Shown here one piece after another: positions 19,967 through 31,803 of a DNA stretch of 64,000 nt; positions within the stretch are counted from its first letter, which is position 1; each line of letters starts with the position of its first letter. This stretch comes from an uncultured Actinomycetes bacterium (GTDB taxonomy: Bacteria; Actinomycetota; UBA4738; HRBIN12), in assembly GCA_963704885.1 (NCBI GenBank), contig CAVPIB010000001.1, forward strand, positions 480,001-544,000, in the 5' to 3' direction. The position numbers were made by a program, and so were the translations under genes. The notes under the pieces were generated by a model. The model did no database searches and had not been told where the DNA came from. It saw only the letters and a list, made by a program, of their open reading frames with translations.

Positions 19967-20088
19967 ATCGTTACCCGGCTTGTCCCCTATACCGGGTGAG
20001 AATCACTCGTGCTCCATTCGAGGGCCTCTGTTGTTGCATGCGCCGGTGACGGCCGCCCCGTGTTCGGCGGGCCAAACCATCTGGCGTC

Positions 20089-23000
20089 GTGGGTCCGGGC
20101 GTGTTGAGGCTGCGGGTATCCCGGTGGGCGCGGCTGGGGGCCGCCTATCTGGTGATCGCCGGGGTGGTCATGCTGCCGGGCGCATCCCGCGCCGCGGAGG
20201 CTCCTCCTGCCGGCAACTTGTTCGCACTCCAGACGAACGGCCCGAACGGCCTGGTGACACTGGGGGACTGGTACACATCTACGACCGCGGGGGCGGGAGC
20301 GGGGTACCACTACGTCCGGTTCACGGTTCCGTGCGGGTGGCCGGCAAGCCTACCGGTCTACGTCGACCTGTTCAGCCCCGAGATGAACCAGGTGTCGGGC
20401 GCGGCTGCCCAGTCAGAAGAGCCCAACGGGGCGTACGACTCCACGCAGTTCGAGCTGTACGGGCCGGGCGCCACTATCGGGCCAGGCTACGCATCCCCCG
20501 GCCCAGGAACGGGCATCCCCGGCACCCAGACGACCTTCCAGCCTGGCGCGGCGGGCGTCCCGGAGGCGTGGATGCGCTATGCCACGCTCGCCGCGCCGGT
20601 GACGTGCGGCAGCTACCTCGTGCGTTCTGAGGTGCTGACGGTAGATCCATTGAACCCCGCCGGCACCGGAAACGACCAGAACGGATGGCGTATCCGGGTC
20701 GGTACAGACTCGGACCTCGATCCCACGAACGCCCCGCCGGTGAACTACGACGACCCCGACGGCCTTGTTGGGACGAACGACGAGCTCACGCTCGGTGTGG
20801 ACCAAGCGACCTTCCAGCAGGACAGTGGTGGGCTCGCGTGTCAGACGTTCTTCGAGTACGTGAGTCCTGGTCAGGCGTCGGTCATCTTCCACAACTTCGA
20901 CATGGACGGCAACACCCGCGTCCGATACTACGCACCGTCCGATACGAGCTACGTTCCGGACGCGACCTCCGGCGGTGTGCTCGGCACCTTGTCGAGCAAC
21001 GGCCTATGGAACGGCGGGACGCTAGCCACGCGGGTCGGGGACACCATCTTGGGTCCCGAGTCAGGCTGGTGGCGGGTCGTGACTTGTATCTCGTCGCAGA
21101 ACCAGTTCATCCAGGAGGGTGAGGCGGGAAGAGCGGCCTATTACACGCAGCCGCCGACGCCCAATCTGACGATGGCCAAGAGCGACGGGTTCGCGACCAT
21201 CTCGCCCGGACAGGCCGTCACCTACACGATCGACGTAAACAACACATCCACGGGAGCCACAGCCGGGGCTGCGAACGCCGTTGTGATCCAGGACACGCTG
21301 CCCTCGGAGTTCACCTACGGGGGATGTGCCATCCCTACACCGGCTCAGGGCACTTGGTCCTGCTCGGAGGCAGCGGGTGTAGTGACCTTCACGCAGACCG
21401 GTTGGATCAACGCCGGTGCCTCCGCGCAGCTCACGGTGACCGCCACGTTGAACCAGGGAGCGTCCGGGAGCAAGACCAACACCGCGGTCGCCAACTACCA
21501 AGACCAGATCGGGAACCCGTTCGCTCCCGTTACTGCCACGGACGTGGATACGGTAGTCGCGTCTTCCGACCTTGCCATAACCAAGACCGACGGGTTGGCC
21601 TCGGTCATCGCCGGCGCCTCCACCACCTACACGATCACGGTGATCAACAACGGACCCTCGACCGTTCCCGCCGGGGTGGTCATCTCCGATGCGATCCCGG
21701 CCGGGACCTCGGGATCTGAGTCAGAGGCCGACTGCGCGATCGCCGCCGGGGTGTTCACCTGCACCACGACCGCCGCCCTAGCGCCTTCGGGATCGGTCTC
21801 CTACCAGCTCACCCTCACCCTGGATCCGGACTACCCCGGCGCCTCGCTCTCGAACACCGCCTCGATCACGTCTTCTCCTTACCCCGATCCGGTTCCGGGC
21901 AACGACTCGGCCACCGACACCGACACCGTCACGACCTCGGCCGACCTTGCGATCACCAAGTCCGACGGGGTGGCCTCGGTCATCGCCGGCACCTCCACCA
22001 CCTACACGATCACGGTGACCAACAACGGACCATCGACCGTTCCCGCCGGGGTGGTCATCTCCGATCCGATCCCGGCGGGGACCTCGGGATCTGAGTCAGA
22101 GGCCGACTGCGCGATCTCGGCGGGGACGTTCGCCTGCACCACGACCGTGGCGCTGGCGCCATCGGCCTCGGTCTCTTATCAGCTCACCTTGACCCTGTCC
22201 GCCAGCTACGCGCTGCCGACCCTTGCCAACACCGCCTCGATCACGTCTTCTCCCGTCCCCGATCCGGATGCATCCAACGACTCGGCGACCGACACCGACA
22301 CCGTCACGACCTCGGCGGACCTTTCGATCACCAAGACCGATTCAGCCGACCCGGTCGATCCCGGAACCTCCTTCTTCTACACGCTCACCGTCGTGAACAA
22401 CGGTCCGTCGGATGCCTCGGGTCTGACCGTCACCGACACCGTCCCGGCCGGGTTCACGATCTCCTCGGTGACCTCCGGTCTGGGTAGCTGCGGCAACCTG
22501 GGTAACCTCGCCACCTGCACCCTGGCCTCGCTTGCCCTGTCGGACACCTGGACGATCACGATCAACGTCGACGTGGACCTTTCGACCGGTGGCGGTCTCT
22601 ACACAGACACGGCCACCGTGTCGGCGACCACCTCTGACCCGGTGCCTGGGAACAACACCGATACCGAGGGCACGGTCGTCACCCCCGCTGGGGACCTTTC
22701 GATCACCAAGACCGACGGGGTGGCCTCCGTCATCGCCGGCACCTCCACCACCTTCACGATCACGGTGACCAACAACGGCCCTTCGACCGTTCCCGCCGGG
22801 GTGGTCATCTCCGATGCGATCCCGGCCAACACCACAGGTTCTGAACTAGATGCCGACTGCGTCATCGCGGCCGGGGTGTTCACCTGCACCACGACCGCGG
22901 CCATGCTGTCCGGAGGATCAGTCTCCTACCAGCTCACCCTCACCCTGGATCCGGACTACCCCGCCCCCACCTTGGTCAACACGGCATCCGTGTCCTCATC

Positions 23001-26000
23001 TCCGATCCCCGATCCGTTCCCGGCCAACGACACGGACACCGACACCGACACGGTCACGGGCTCGGCCGACCTTGCCATAACCAAGTCCGACGGGTTGGCC
23101 TCGGTCATCGCCGGCGCCTCCACCACCTACACGATCACGGTGATCAACAACGGGCCCTCGACCGTTCCCGCCGGGGTGGTCATCTCCGATCCGATCCCGG
23201 CCGGGACCTCGGGATCTGAGTCAGAGGCCGACTGCGCGATCGCCGCCGGGGTGTTCACCTGCACCACGACCGCCGCCCTAGCGCCTTCGGGATCGGTCTC
23301 CTACCAGCTCACCCTCACCCTGGATCCGGACTACCCCGGCGCCTCGCTCTCGAACACCGCCTCGATCACGTCTTCTCCTTACCCCGATCCGGTTCCGGGC
23401 AACGACTCGGCCACCGACACCGACACCGTCACGACCTCGGCCGACCTTGCGATCACCAAGTCCGACGGGGTGGCCTCGGTCATCGCCGGCACCTCCACCA
23501 CCTACACGATCACGGTGACCAACAACGGACCATCGACCGTTCCCGCCGGGGTGGTCATCTCCGATGCGATCCCGGCGGGGACCTCGGGATCTGAGTCAGA
23601 GGCCGACTGCGCGATCTCGGCGGGGACGTTCGCCTGCACCACGACCGTGGCGCTGGCGCCATCGGCCTCGGTCTCTTATCAGCTCACCTTGACCCTGTCC
23701 GCCAGCTACGCGCTGCCGACCCTTGCCAACACCGCCTCGATCACGTCTTCTCCCGTCCCCGATCCGGATGCATCCAACGACTCGGCGACCGACACCGACA
23801 CCGTCACGACCTCGGCCGACCTTTCGATCACCAAGACCGATTCCGCCGACCCGGTCGATCCCGGAACCTCCTTCTTCTACACGCTCACCGTCGTGAACAA
23901 CGGTCCGTCGGATGCCTCGGGTCTGACCGTCACCGACACCGTCCCGGCCGGGTTCACGATCTCCTCGGTGACCTCCGGTCTGGGTAGCTGCGGCAACCTG
24001 GGTAACCTCGCCACCTGCACCCTGGCCTCGCTTGCCCTGTCGGACACCTGGACGATCACGATCAACGTCGACGTGGACCTTTCGACCGGTGGCGGTCTCT
24101 ACACAGACACGGCCACCGTGTCGGCGACCACCTCTGACCCGGTGCCTGGGAACAACACCGATACCGAGGGCACGGTCGTCACCCCCGCTGGGGACCTTTC
24201 GATCACCAAGACCGACGGGGTGGCCTCCGTCATCGCCGGCACCTCCACCACCTTCACGATCACGGTGACCAACAACGGCCCTTCGACCGTTCCCGCCGGG
24301 GTGGTCATCTCCGATGCGATCCCGGCCAACACCACAGGTTCTGAACTAGATGCCGACTGCGTCATCGCGGCCGGGGTGTTCACCTGCACCACGACCGCGG
24401 CCATGCTGTCCGGAGGATCAGTCTCCTACCAGCTCACCCTCACCCTGGATCCGGACTACCCCGCCCCCACCTTGGTCAACACGGCATCCGTGTCCTCATC
24501 TCCGATCCCCGATCCGTTCCCGGCCAACGACACGGACACCGACACCGACACGGTCACGGGCTCGGCCGACCTGGCGATAACCAAGTCAGACGCCTCGGAC
24601 CCGGTCGCCGCTGGCGATGACGTCACGTACACCCTTTCCGTCACGAACAATGGCCCCTCGGATGCCGCCGCCGCGGTCGTGACCGACACGCTGCCTGGGT
24701 CCGTCGTGTTACGTGTCCGCGACACCGAGTCCGGGCTCTTGCTCGCAGGCGGCGGGGGTCGTTACCTGCCCGCTGGGAACCCTCGCGTTCGGCGCGACCG
24801 CAACCATCACGATAGTGGTGACCACCACGATCGACGGCGTCATCACCGACGTCGCGTCGGTGACATCAAGCACGCCGGATCCCGTGCCGGGCAACAACTC
24901 CGACTCCGAGGACACGACGGTTGATGCCTCGGCCGACCTCTCGATCGCCAAGACGGACGGCGTAGCGACGTTAACGCCGGGCACCTCCACCACGTACACG
25001 ATCACGCTCACCAACAACGGACCCTCGACCGAGCCGGCGGGTGTCGTGATCTCGGACCCGATCCCGGCCGGGACCTCGGGGTCTGAGTCGGAGGCCGACT
25101 GCGCTATCGCCGCCGGCGTGTTCACGTGCACCACCTCGTCGGTCCTCGTGTCGGGGGGCTCGGTCTCCTACCAGCTCACGGTGGTGGTCCCCGGCGCATA
25201 CGCGTTGCCGACGCTTACGAACACGGCCGCGATCACGTCGACTCCGATCCCGGATCCGGACGCGTCGAACGACTCGGCCACCGACGTTGACGCGATCTCG
25301 ACCTCGGCCGACCTCTCGATCGTGAAGACCGACGCGGTCGATCCGGTGATCGTGGGCGACGACATCACATACACGCTCACCGTCACGAACGCCGGTCCAT
25401 CGGATGCCGTCGGGGTCGTGGTGACCGACACGCTGCCGGGCACCATGGTCTATGTCTCATCGACCCCGAGCCAAGGTTCGTGCGTTGAGCTCGGCGGCGT
25501 CGTCACTTGCGCCCTCGGCCCGATCGCCGTCACGGCCGTAGCGACGGTGACCATAGTCGTTACCACGACGATCGACGGGGTGTTCACCGATGTAGCAGCG
25601 GTGTCGGCCACGACGACGGATCCGGTGCCCGGGAACGACTCAGACTCGGAGGACACGACGGTCGCTCTGCCATCGGCCGACCTGTCGGTCGCAAAGACCG
25701 ACGGTGTAGCCACGGTCGATCCAGGCACCTCCACCACCTACACGATCACCGTCACGAACAACGGGCCTTCCGTGGAGCCTGCGGGCGTAGTCGTCTCCGA
25801 CCCCGTTCCGCCGGGGACGACACCGTCCGAATCCGAGGCCGACTGCGCGATCGTGCTCGGCGTGTTCACATGCACCACCTCGGCCCCTCTCGGCATCGGC
25901 GCTTCGGTGTCCTATCAACTCACCCTCGCGTTGCCGATCTCCTATGCGTCCGCAACCCTGACCAACACGGCCTCGATCACGTCGGCGCCGCTCGCCGACC

Positions 26001-27791
26001 CCGATCCGTCGAACGATTCGGCGACCGACGTCGACGCCGTCACGTCGGCGGCAGACCTCTCGATCGTGAAGGCGGATGCACCCGATCCGGTCGCGGTGGG
26101 TTCGGTCCTCACGTACACGCTCACGATCACCAACAACGGGCCTGCGGACGCGACCGGCGTGACGGTCACCGATACCCTCCCGGGGACGGTCACTTTCGGG
26201 ACCGCGACGCCCAGCCAAGGGTCATGCGTGCAGGCCGCGGGGGTGGTGACCTGTTCGCTGGGCACGATCTTCGTGTCGGCGAGCGCCATCGTGACGATCA
26301 TCGCGACGCCCACAGCTCCGGGAACGATCTCGAACGTGGCGACAGTAACCGCTACGACGCTCGACCCCGTGCCCGGCAACAACAGCGACACCGAGGACAC
26401 GCTGGTCGCCGCGTCTGCCGATCTGTCGATCACGAAGACCGACGGCGTGGCCACGGTACAGGCGGGCGCTGCCACCACATACACCATCACCTTGACGAAC
26501 AACGGGCCCTCCGACGCGCCGGCGGGAGTCGTGGTGACCGATCCGATCCCGGCCGACACCACGGCCGCAGAGAACGAAGCCAACTGCGCCATCGTTGGGA
26601 CCACGCTCATCTGTACGACGACCGACGTTACTCCCGGTCGGCGGGTCGGTGAGCTACCAGCTGACGCTCACACTCGACGCGGATTACCCGTCGACCACGC
26701 TCGTGAACACGGCCACGATCACCGCGTCGCCCATCGGAGACACGAACTCGGCGAACGACGCCGCGAGCGACATCGATGCTGTCACTCCTATCGTGGCCGA
26801 GCTCTCTATCGCCAAGATCGACTCGACAGACCCCGTGCTGCCGGGGAGCGCCTTCACGTACACGATCACCGTGTCCAACGCCGGTCCTGACGCTGCTCGC
26901 AGCGTTGTGGTGACCGACACCGTTCCGGCGCCGTTCGTGGTCACGGGGGTCTCGACCGGGACCGGCGCCTGCATCACCACGGGGAACCTGTTGACCTGCG
27001 CGCTCGATCCGTTGCGCGGCCGGGGCCACATGGATCATCACGGTGCAGGTGACCGTTCCCGACGATGCGCCGGCCGGCACGTTCACGGATACGGCGACCG
27101 TGACCGGGATCGGCGACGTCGATCCATCGAACAACGCCGCCAGCCAGCCCACCACGATCGGTGAGCTGGTCGGCTCCTCCGATCTCTCCTTGGCGAAATC
27201 CGTGGACGATCGCGACGCCCCAGGAGGGTGACACCATCACCTACAGCGTCACGGTCTCGAACGCCGGCCCGGACGACGCCACCGGCGTCCAGGTGACCGA
27301 TGTCCTTCCGGCGGGTCTGACGTTCGTGTCTGCCTCGGCCAGCCAAGGCACGTACGAGCAAGGGACCGGCGTCTGGAACGTCGGCGGTCTCGCGGTGGGG
27401 GAAACGGCCACGCTAGACCATCCAGGTGCGGATCGATACCGGAACCGCGGGGACGACCATCACGAACGTGGCCGGCGTCTCAGGAGCCGATCAGGCGGAC
27501 CCGAACCCCGGCGATGAAGCGGACACAGCCCCGATCGACGTGGACAACTCTGGGGGTTCGGATGGGGGAGGCACCGGCAATGACACCGCGTTCACCGGCT
27601 TGCCCGGCGGTCCAGGCCCCATCGTCTGGCTGATCGTGCTCTCGGTGCTCGGCCTGATGGCTCTTGCGACCAGCCGTCGTGGCTCGTTCCGCCGTGGCCG
27701 GCTTTCCACGGTGGTCGCCTCCGATCACTCTTCGGCCGGTTCGCCGCCGCCCGGCCGGTTCCTGGCGACGTCCTTCTTCTTCGAACGGTGA
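20089..27791 (+). CDS. Giant surface protein (~2560 aa) with 17 DUF11-type repeats and a C-terminal sorting-like signal; five +1 frameshifts (24706, 26627, 27012, 27208, 27413)
   Basis: Signal peptide; DL(S/A)I(T)K...[11 protein letters not shown]...DP.PGN(N/D) repeats continue across the frame changes; ends TAFTG + TM helix + RRGSFRR. Confidence 0.88.
21568..24567 (+). repeat. Near-exact 1500-bp tandem duplication (2 x four 375-bp domains)
   Basis: 21568-23067 matches 23068-24567 with about six substitutions by eye; identical spurious ORFs recur at +1500. Confidence 0.95.
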
Positions 27792-27836
27792 CAACTGGCC
27801 GGTTCGGGAAGAGGGCGCTGTAGAACTGCACGCGCC

Positions 27837-27971
27837 GAGTCTTGGTGGAAAGGGGGTAATGGGCTGTTGCAGCGGGCCGGGATGTGGCCCCTGCTCTGGG
27901 TGATGGCCGTGTCGACCAAGCTCTTCTCGCTCGCCCCGCAAGCTGCCGAGGCGGAGTCGACCGACACGTGA
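27837..27971 (+). pseudogene. Possible 3' remnant of a membrane protein gene (DUF998-like tail)
   Basis: Frame reads WWKGGNGLLQRAGMWPLLWVMAVSTKL with no convincing upstream gene body. Confidence 0.3.
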
Positions 27972-28134
27972 GCTTGGGATCGCGGAGTCACCTCGACCCC
28001 CACGAAGCTGGACCCGATCGCCCACCGTCCTCGAGTAGTCTCACCCCCCATCTAGCCCGGATCGATCCTGGTCTTCCTCTCGGGGATCGGGGATAGGGGT
28101 CGTGTGAGAGTGACCGAAGGAGGTCTGAACCGCG

Positions 28135-30603
28135 GTGTCCGATAACGGGTCGATACCCGCTCGCGCACGAGTCGTCGTCATCGGCGGCGGCGTGATCGGC
28201 TGCAGCATCGCGTATCACCTCACGAAGATCGGCGTGACCGACGTGGTGCTGCTGGAGCGCAAAGAGCTCACGGCGGGAACGACGTGGCACGCCGCCGGGC
28301 TGATCACGTCGGCGGGGATGCCGACCGAGACGTTCCAGTGGATGTCGCGCTACACCACGGAGCTCCTTCCCAGGCTCACGGAGGAGACAGGCCAGGAAAC
28401 CGGGTTCCGAACGATCGGCCACCTCCACCTCGCGTGCACGCCTCAGCGGTTGGAGACCGTCACCCGCGAGGCTCTGTTCGCCAAGGGCCACGGGATCCCT
28501 GTCGAGATGGTGGACGCTGCGGAGGTCAAGCGTCTGTGGCCGGAGGCGATGGTCGACGACATCCTCGCCGCGGCCTGGGTGCCGGACGAGGGTCGCGCGA
28601 ACCCCGCCGACGTCACGCAGGCGTACGCCAAGGGCACGCGGGCGCGCGGCGCGCGGATCGTCGAAGGTGTCACCGTCACCGGCATCGTCCAGGCGAACGG
28701 CCGCGTGACGGGGGTCGATACCGACCACGGCACGATCGAGTGCGAGACGGTCGTGAACGCGGCCGGGATGTGGGGCCGGCAGCTCGGCGAACTGGCCGGC
28801 GTCGCCCTGCCGCTGCAGGCCGCCGAGCACTACTACCTGATCACCGAACCGGTGACGTGGGCGCATCCGGACCTCCCCGTCGTGGAGGACCCCGACCGCT
28901 ACGGCTACTACAGGGAGGAGGCGGGCGGCATCCTCGTCGGTCTCTTCGAGCCCGAGGGGGCGCCGTGGTCGCTCGACGAGATCCCGCAGGACCTTGGGTT
29001 CGCGGTTCTGCCGCCGGACTGGGAGCGGATGAGCGGGTACCTGTCCGATGCGATGGACCGGTTCCCCGCGCTGCATGGGGCGGGGATCAAGACGTTCTTC
29101 TGCGGCCCGGAGTCGTTCACGCCCGACAACGGTCCGCTGATCGGCGAAGCGCCGGAGCTCCGAGGCTTCTTCGCGGCGTGCGGCCTGAACTCGCTCGGCA
29201 TCCTGCTCTCGGGCGGCGTCGGCTCGCTGGTCGCGCAGTGGATCGTGGACGACGACCCTCCGGTAGACGTCACGGGCATCTCGCCCGACCGGAACATGCC
29301 CTTCATGAAGAACCGGTCGTTCCGGCGGGAGCGGACCGTGGAGCTGCTGGGGGCGTTGTTCGGCGACTCCGGCTTCCCGACGTGGAAGCCGCGCTACGGG
29401 CGCAACGTTCGCCGCTCCGTCATCCACGACCGGCTCGCTGCTCGCGGCGCCGACTTCATGGTGCTCTCGGGGTACGAGGTGCCGGAGTGGTTCGCCCACG
29501 AAGGCGTCTCGCACGAACGTCCGCAAACCTGGGGGCGCGATCAGGCGTTCGAGGCGACGGGCGTCGAGCATCGCGCGGTGCGAGAGGCGGTGGGCGTCAT
29601 GGACATGTCGTTCATGGCGAAGATCCTCGTCGAGGGGCCGGGCGCGGAGGCGCTACTGAACAAGGTGAGCGTCTCGAACGTGAGCGTCCCACTCGGCAAG
29701 ATCGTGTACACGCAGTGGCTCACCCCGAAGGGCGGGATCTGGACCGACGTGACGGTGACCCGTCTGCGCGATGACGCGTACCTGGTGATCGGCGCAGACG
29801 TCCTTCATCGCCGGATGATCGCCTGGCTGGAGCGCCACGCGGAGGGGGGTCCCTACGTGGCGATCGTCGACGTGTCATCGTCCAGGACGCTCCTCACGGT
29901 GCAGGGACCACGATCGCGGGAGTTGCTCTCGCGGCTGACGACGTCCGATCTGTCCAACGAGGCATTCCCTTACATGACGGCGAAGGAGATCGATGTCCAC
30001 CACGGCGTCGCCCTGGCCTTACGCGTGACCTACCTCGGCGAGCTCGGTTGGGAGCTGCACATCCCGACCGACTACGCCTTGACGGTCTACGACGCGCTCG
30101 TCGAAGCGGGCCGGGATCTGGGCCTCCGCGACGCCGGGCTCGGCGCGTTGAACTCGCTCAGGCTCGAGAAGGCGTACCGGGACTACGCGCTGGACGTCTT
30201 CAACGACGACACGCTGATCGACGTCGGGCTCGATTTCACGGTCGGCTGGGACAAGCCCGGCGGGTTCATCGGCCGGGACGCGCTCGTCGCGCAGCGCGAC
30301 GAGGGCGTCAGGCGCTCGCGGATGGTCCAGGTGCTCGTGCGCGACCCCGAGCCGCTCCTCTACGGCGACGAGCAGATGTACCGCGACGGCGTGCACGTCG
30401 GGGAGAATCGCGTGGGCGCCTACGGACATACCTTGGGCGGAAGCGTGGGCCTGGCGATGGTCGAGTCGGAGGAGGACATCACCGACGAGTTCCTGACCAG
30501 CGGGAGATGGGAGCTCGACATCGTGGGTCGGTGCTACCCCATCGACCTTTCGCTCACGCCGATGTACGACCCGAAGCGCGAGCGGATCAAGGCCGATGGG
30601 TGA
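28135..30603 (+). CDS. GcvT-family FAD-dependent oxidoreductase (sarcosine/dimethylglycine dehydrogenase-like)
   Basis: GGGVIG, GTTWHAAGL, GPESFTPD, TYLGELGWEL and LRLEKAY motifs. Confidence 0.95.
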   Translation: MSDNGSIPARARVVVIGGGVIGCSIAYHLTKIGVTDVVLLERKELTAGTTWHAAGLITSAGMPTETFQWMSRYTTELLPRLTEETGQETGFRTIGHLHLACTPQRLETVTREALFAKGHGIPVEMVDAAEVKRLWPEAMVDDILAAAWVPDEGRANPADVTQAYAKGTRARGARIVEGVTVTGIVQANGRVTGVDTDHGTIECETVVNAAGMWGRQLGELAGVALPLQAAEHYYLITEPVTWAHPDLPVVEDPDRYGYYREEAGGILVGLFEPEGAPWSLDEIPQDLGFAVLPPDWERMSGYLSDAMDRFPALHGAGIKTFFCGPESFTPDNGPLIGEAPELRGFFAACGLNSLGILLSGGVGSLVAQWIVDDDPPVDVTGISPDRNMPFMKNRSFRRERTVELLGALFGDSGFPTWKPRYGRNVRRSVIHDRLAARGADFMVLSGYEVPEWFAHEGVSHERPQTWGRDQAFEATGVEHRAVREAVGVMDMSFMAKILVEGPGAEALLNKVSVSNVSVPLGKIVYTQWLTPKGGIWTDVTVTRLRDDAYLVIGADVLHRRMIAWLERHAEGGPYVAIVDVSSSRTLLTVQGPRSRELLSRLTTSDLSNEAFPYMTAKEIDVHHGVALALRVTYLGELGWELHIPTDYALTVYDALVEAGRDLGLRDAGLGALNSLRLEKAYRDYALDVFNDDTLIDVGLDFTVGWDKPGGFIGRDALVAQRDEGVRRSRMVQVLVRDPEPLLYGDEQMYRDGVHVGENRVGAYGHTLGGSVGLAMVESEEDITDEFLTSGRWELDIVGRCYPIDLSLTPMYDPKRERIKADG

Positions 30604-31759
30604 TCCGCATCGAAACACGGGTTCGGAGGTCACTCGCAGATCGTTCCTGGCGCGTGCGGGGCTAACCGCGGCCGGTCTCGCGGCGGCAGGCACGCTGGTC
30701 GGCGTTCTCGCTTCGACGAAGTCCGCGAGCGGTGCGACCTGGCGGGTGCCGAAGGAAGACTCTCCGCTCGCGCGCATGTGGATGGCCTGGCCCTCGAACG
30801 TCAACATCTGGGGGACCAGGCTCCTGAGAGGGATCCAGACCGACATCGCGACGCTCGCGAAGGAGGTCGCGAAGCACACGCCGGTCATCATGTGCGCGAC
30901 GGATCCGAGTGCGGCCACGACGGCCCGCGGCATGTGCGGGCCTACGGTGACGGTGATCAGCTCGATCCCCGTTGACGATTGCTGGATGCGCGACACAGGT
31001 CCGTTGTTCCGCATCGATGGCGTCGGCGGCCGGGACGCGTTCGGCCTGAACTTCAACGGATGGGGCAACGAGCAGGCGCACGTCAAGGATGTGCTCGTCG
31101 CGGGGCGTATTGCCGCATACGCGGGAGTCTCGCCGTTCACCTCGGCGAGCATCGTGGGCGAGGGCGGTGCCGTGGAGTACGACGGCGACGGCACGCTGAT
31201 GGCCACGGAGAGTTCGCTGGTCAACGCTAACCGTAACCCCGGCAAGACGAAGGCGCAGGTCGAGGCCGAGCTTCTCAGTAAGTACGGGGCGACCAAGATG
31301 ATCTGGTTCCCAGGACTCGTAGGCAAAGACATCACCGACGACCACATCGATGGCACCGCTCGCTTCGTCCGCCCGGGGGTCGTGATCAACCAACTCTCGC
31401 CACCTGGCCGCACAGATATCTGGGCGCAGGATGAGCGGCAGATCGACCTGATCCTCCGCAGCTCCACCGACGCCAAAGGCCGGCAGCTGCAGCTCTACAC
31501 CGTGTACGGACCGGACTCGCTCCCCCGGGTGCCCCGAGACAAGCGGCGTTCGTTCTTCGATGGGTACGTGAACTTCTGCATCGCGGGTGATGCGGTGATC
31601 ACGGCGCAGTTCGGGGACGCAGAGAAGGATGCCGCCGCGAAGGCCACGATCGAGGCCGCGTTCCCCGGGAAGACCTGCGTGCAGCTCGATCTGGACCATC
31701 TGCACGGCGATGGCGGCGGGGGTGCCCACTGCGTCACGATGCAGGAACCTCTGCCCTGA
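30596..31759 (+). CDS. Agmatine/peptidylarginine deiminase family protein with Tat signal
   Basis: TRRSFL plus hydrophobic helix; DDCWMRDTGP, FNGWG, EGGA, DDHIDG and GGGAHCVT motifs. Confidence 0.92.
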   Translation: MGDPHRNTGSEVTRRSFLARAGLTAAGLAAAGTLVGVLASTKSASGATWRVPKEDSPLARMWMAWPSNVNIWGTRLLRGIQTDIATLAKEVAKHTPVIMCATDPSAATTARGMCGPTVTVISSIPVDDCWMRDTGPLFRIDGVGGRDAFGLNFNGWGNEQAHVKDVLVAGRIAAYAGVSPFTSASIVGEGGAVEYDGDGTLMATESSLVNANRNPGKTKAQVEAELLSKYGATKMIWFPGLVGKDITDDHIDGTARFVRPGVVINQLSPPGRTDIWAQDERQIDLILRSSTDAKGRQLQLYTVYGPDSLPRVPRDKRRSFFDGYVNFCIAGDAVITAQFGDAEKDAAAKATIEAAFPGKTCVQLDLDHLHGDGGGGAHCVTMQEPLP

Positions 31760-31803
31760 CGGACCTTCCTCGAGGAGCTTGCCGCCCCGGACCGGGGGGA
31801 GTC

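Noticed and set aside
21568-27400. Regularly spaced repeats as a possible CRISPR array
   Set aside because: The period is 375 nt, in frame and protein-coding, with no unique spacers and no cas genes.
28100-28134. GAGAG...CCGAAGGAG upstream of the GcvT-family gene, resembling a glycine riboswitch
   Set aside because: There are no P2/P3 stems and no CTCTCAGG element; GAAGGAGG is simply the Shine-Dalgarno.
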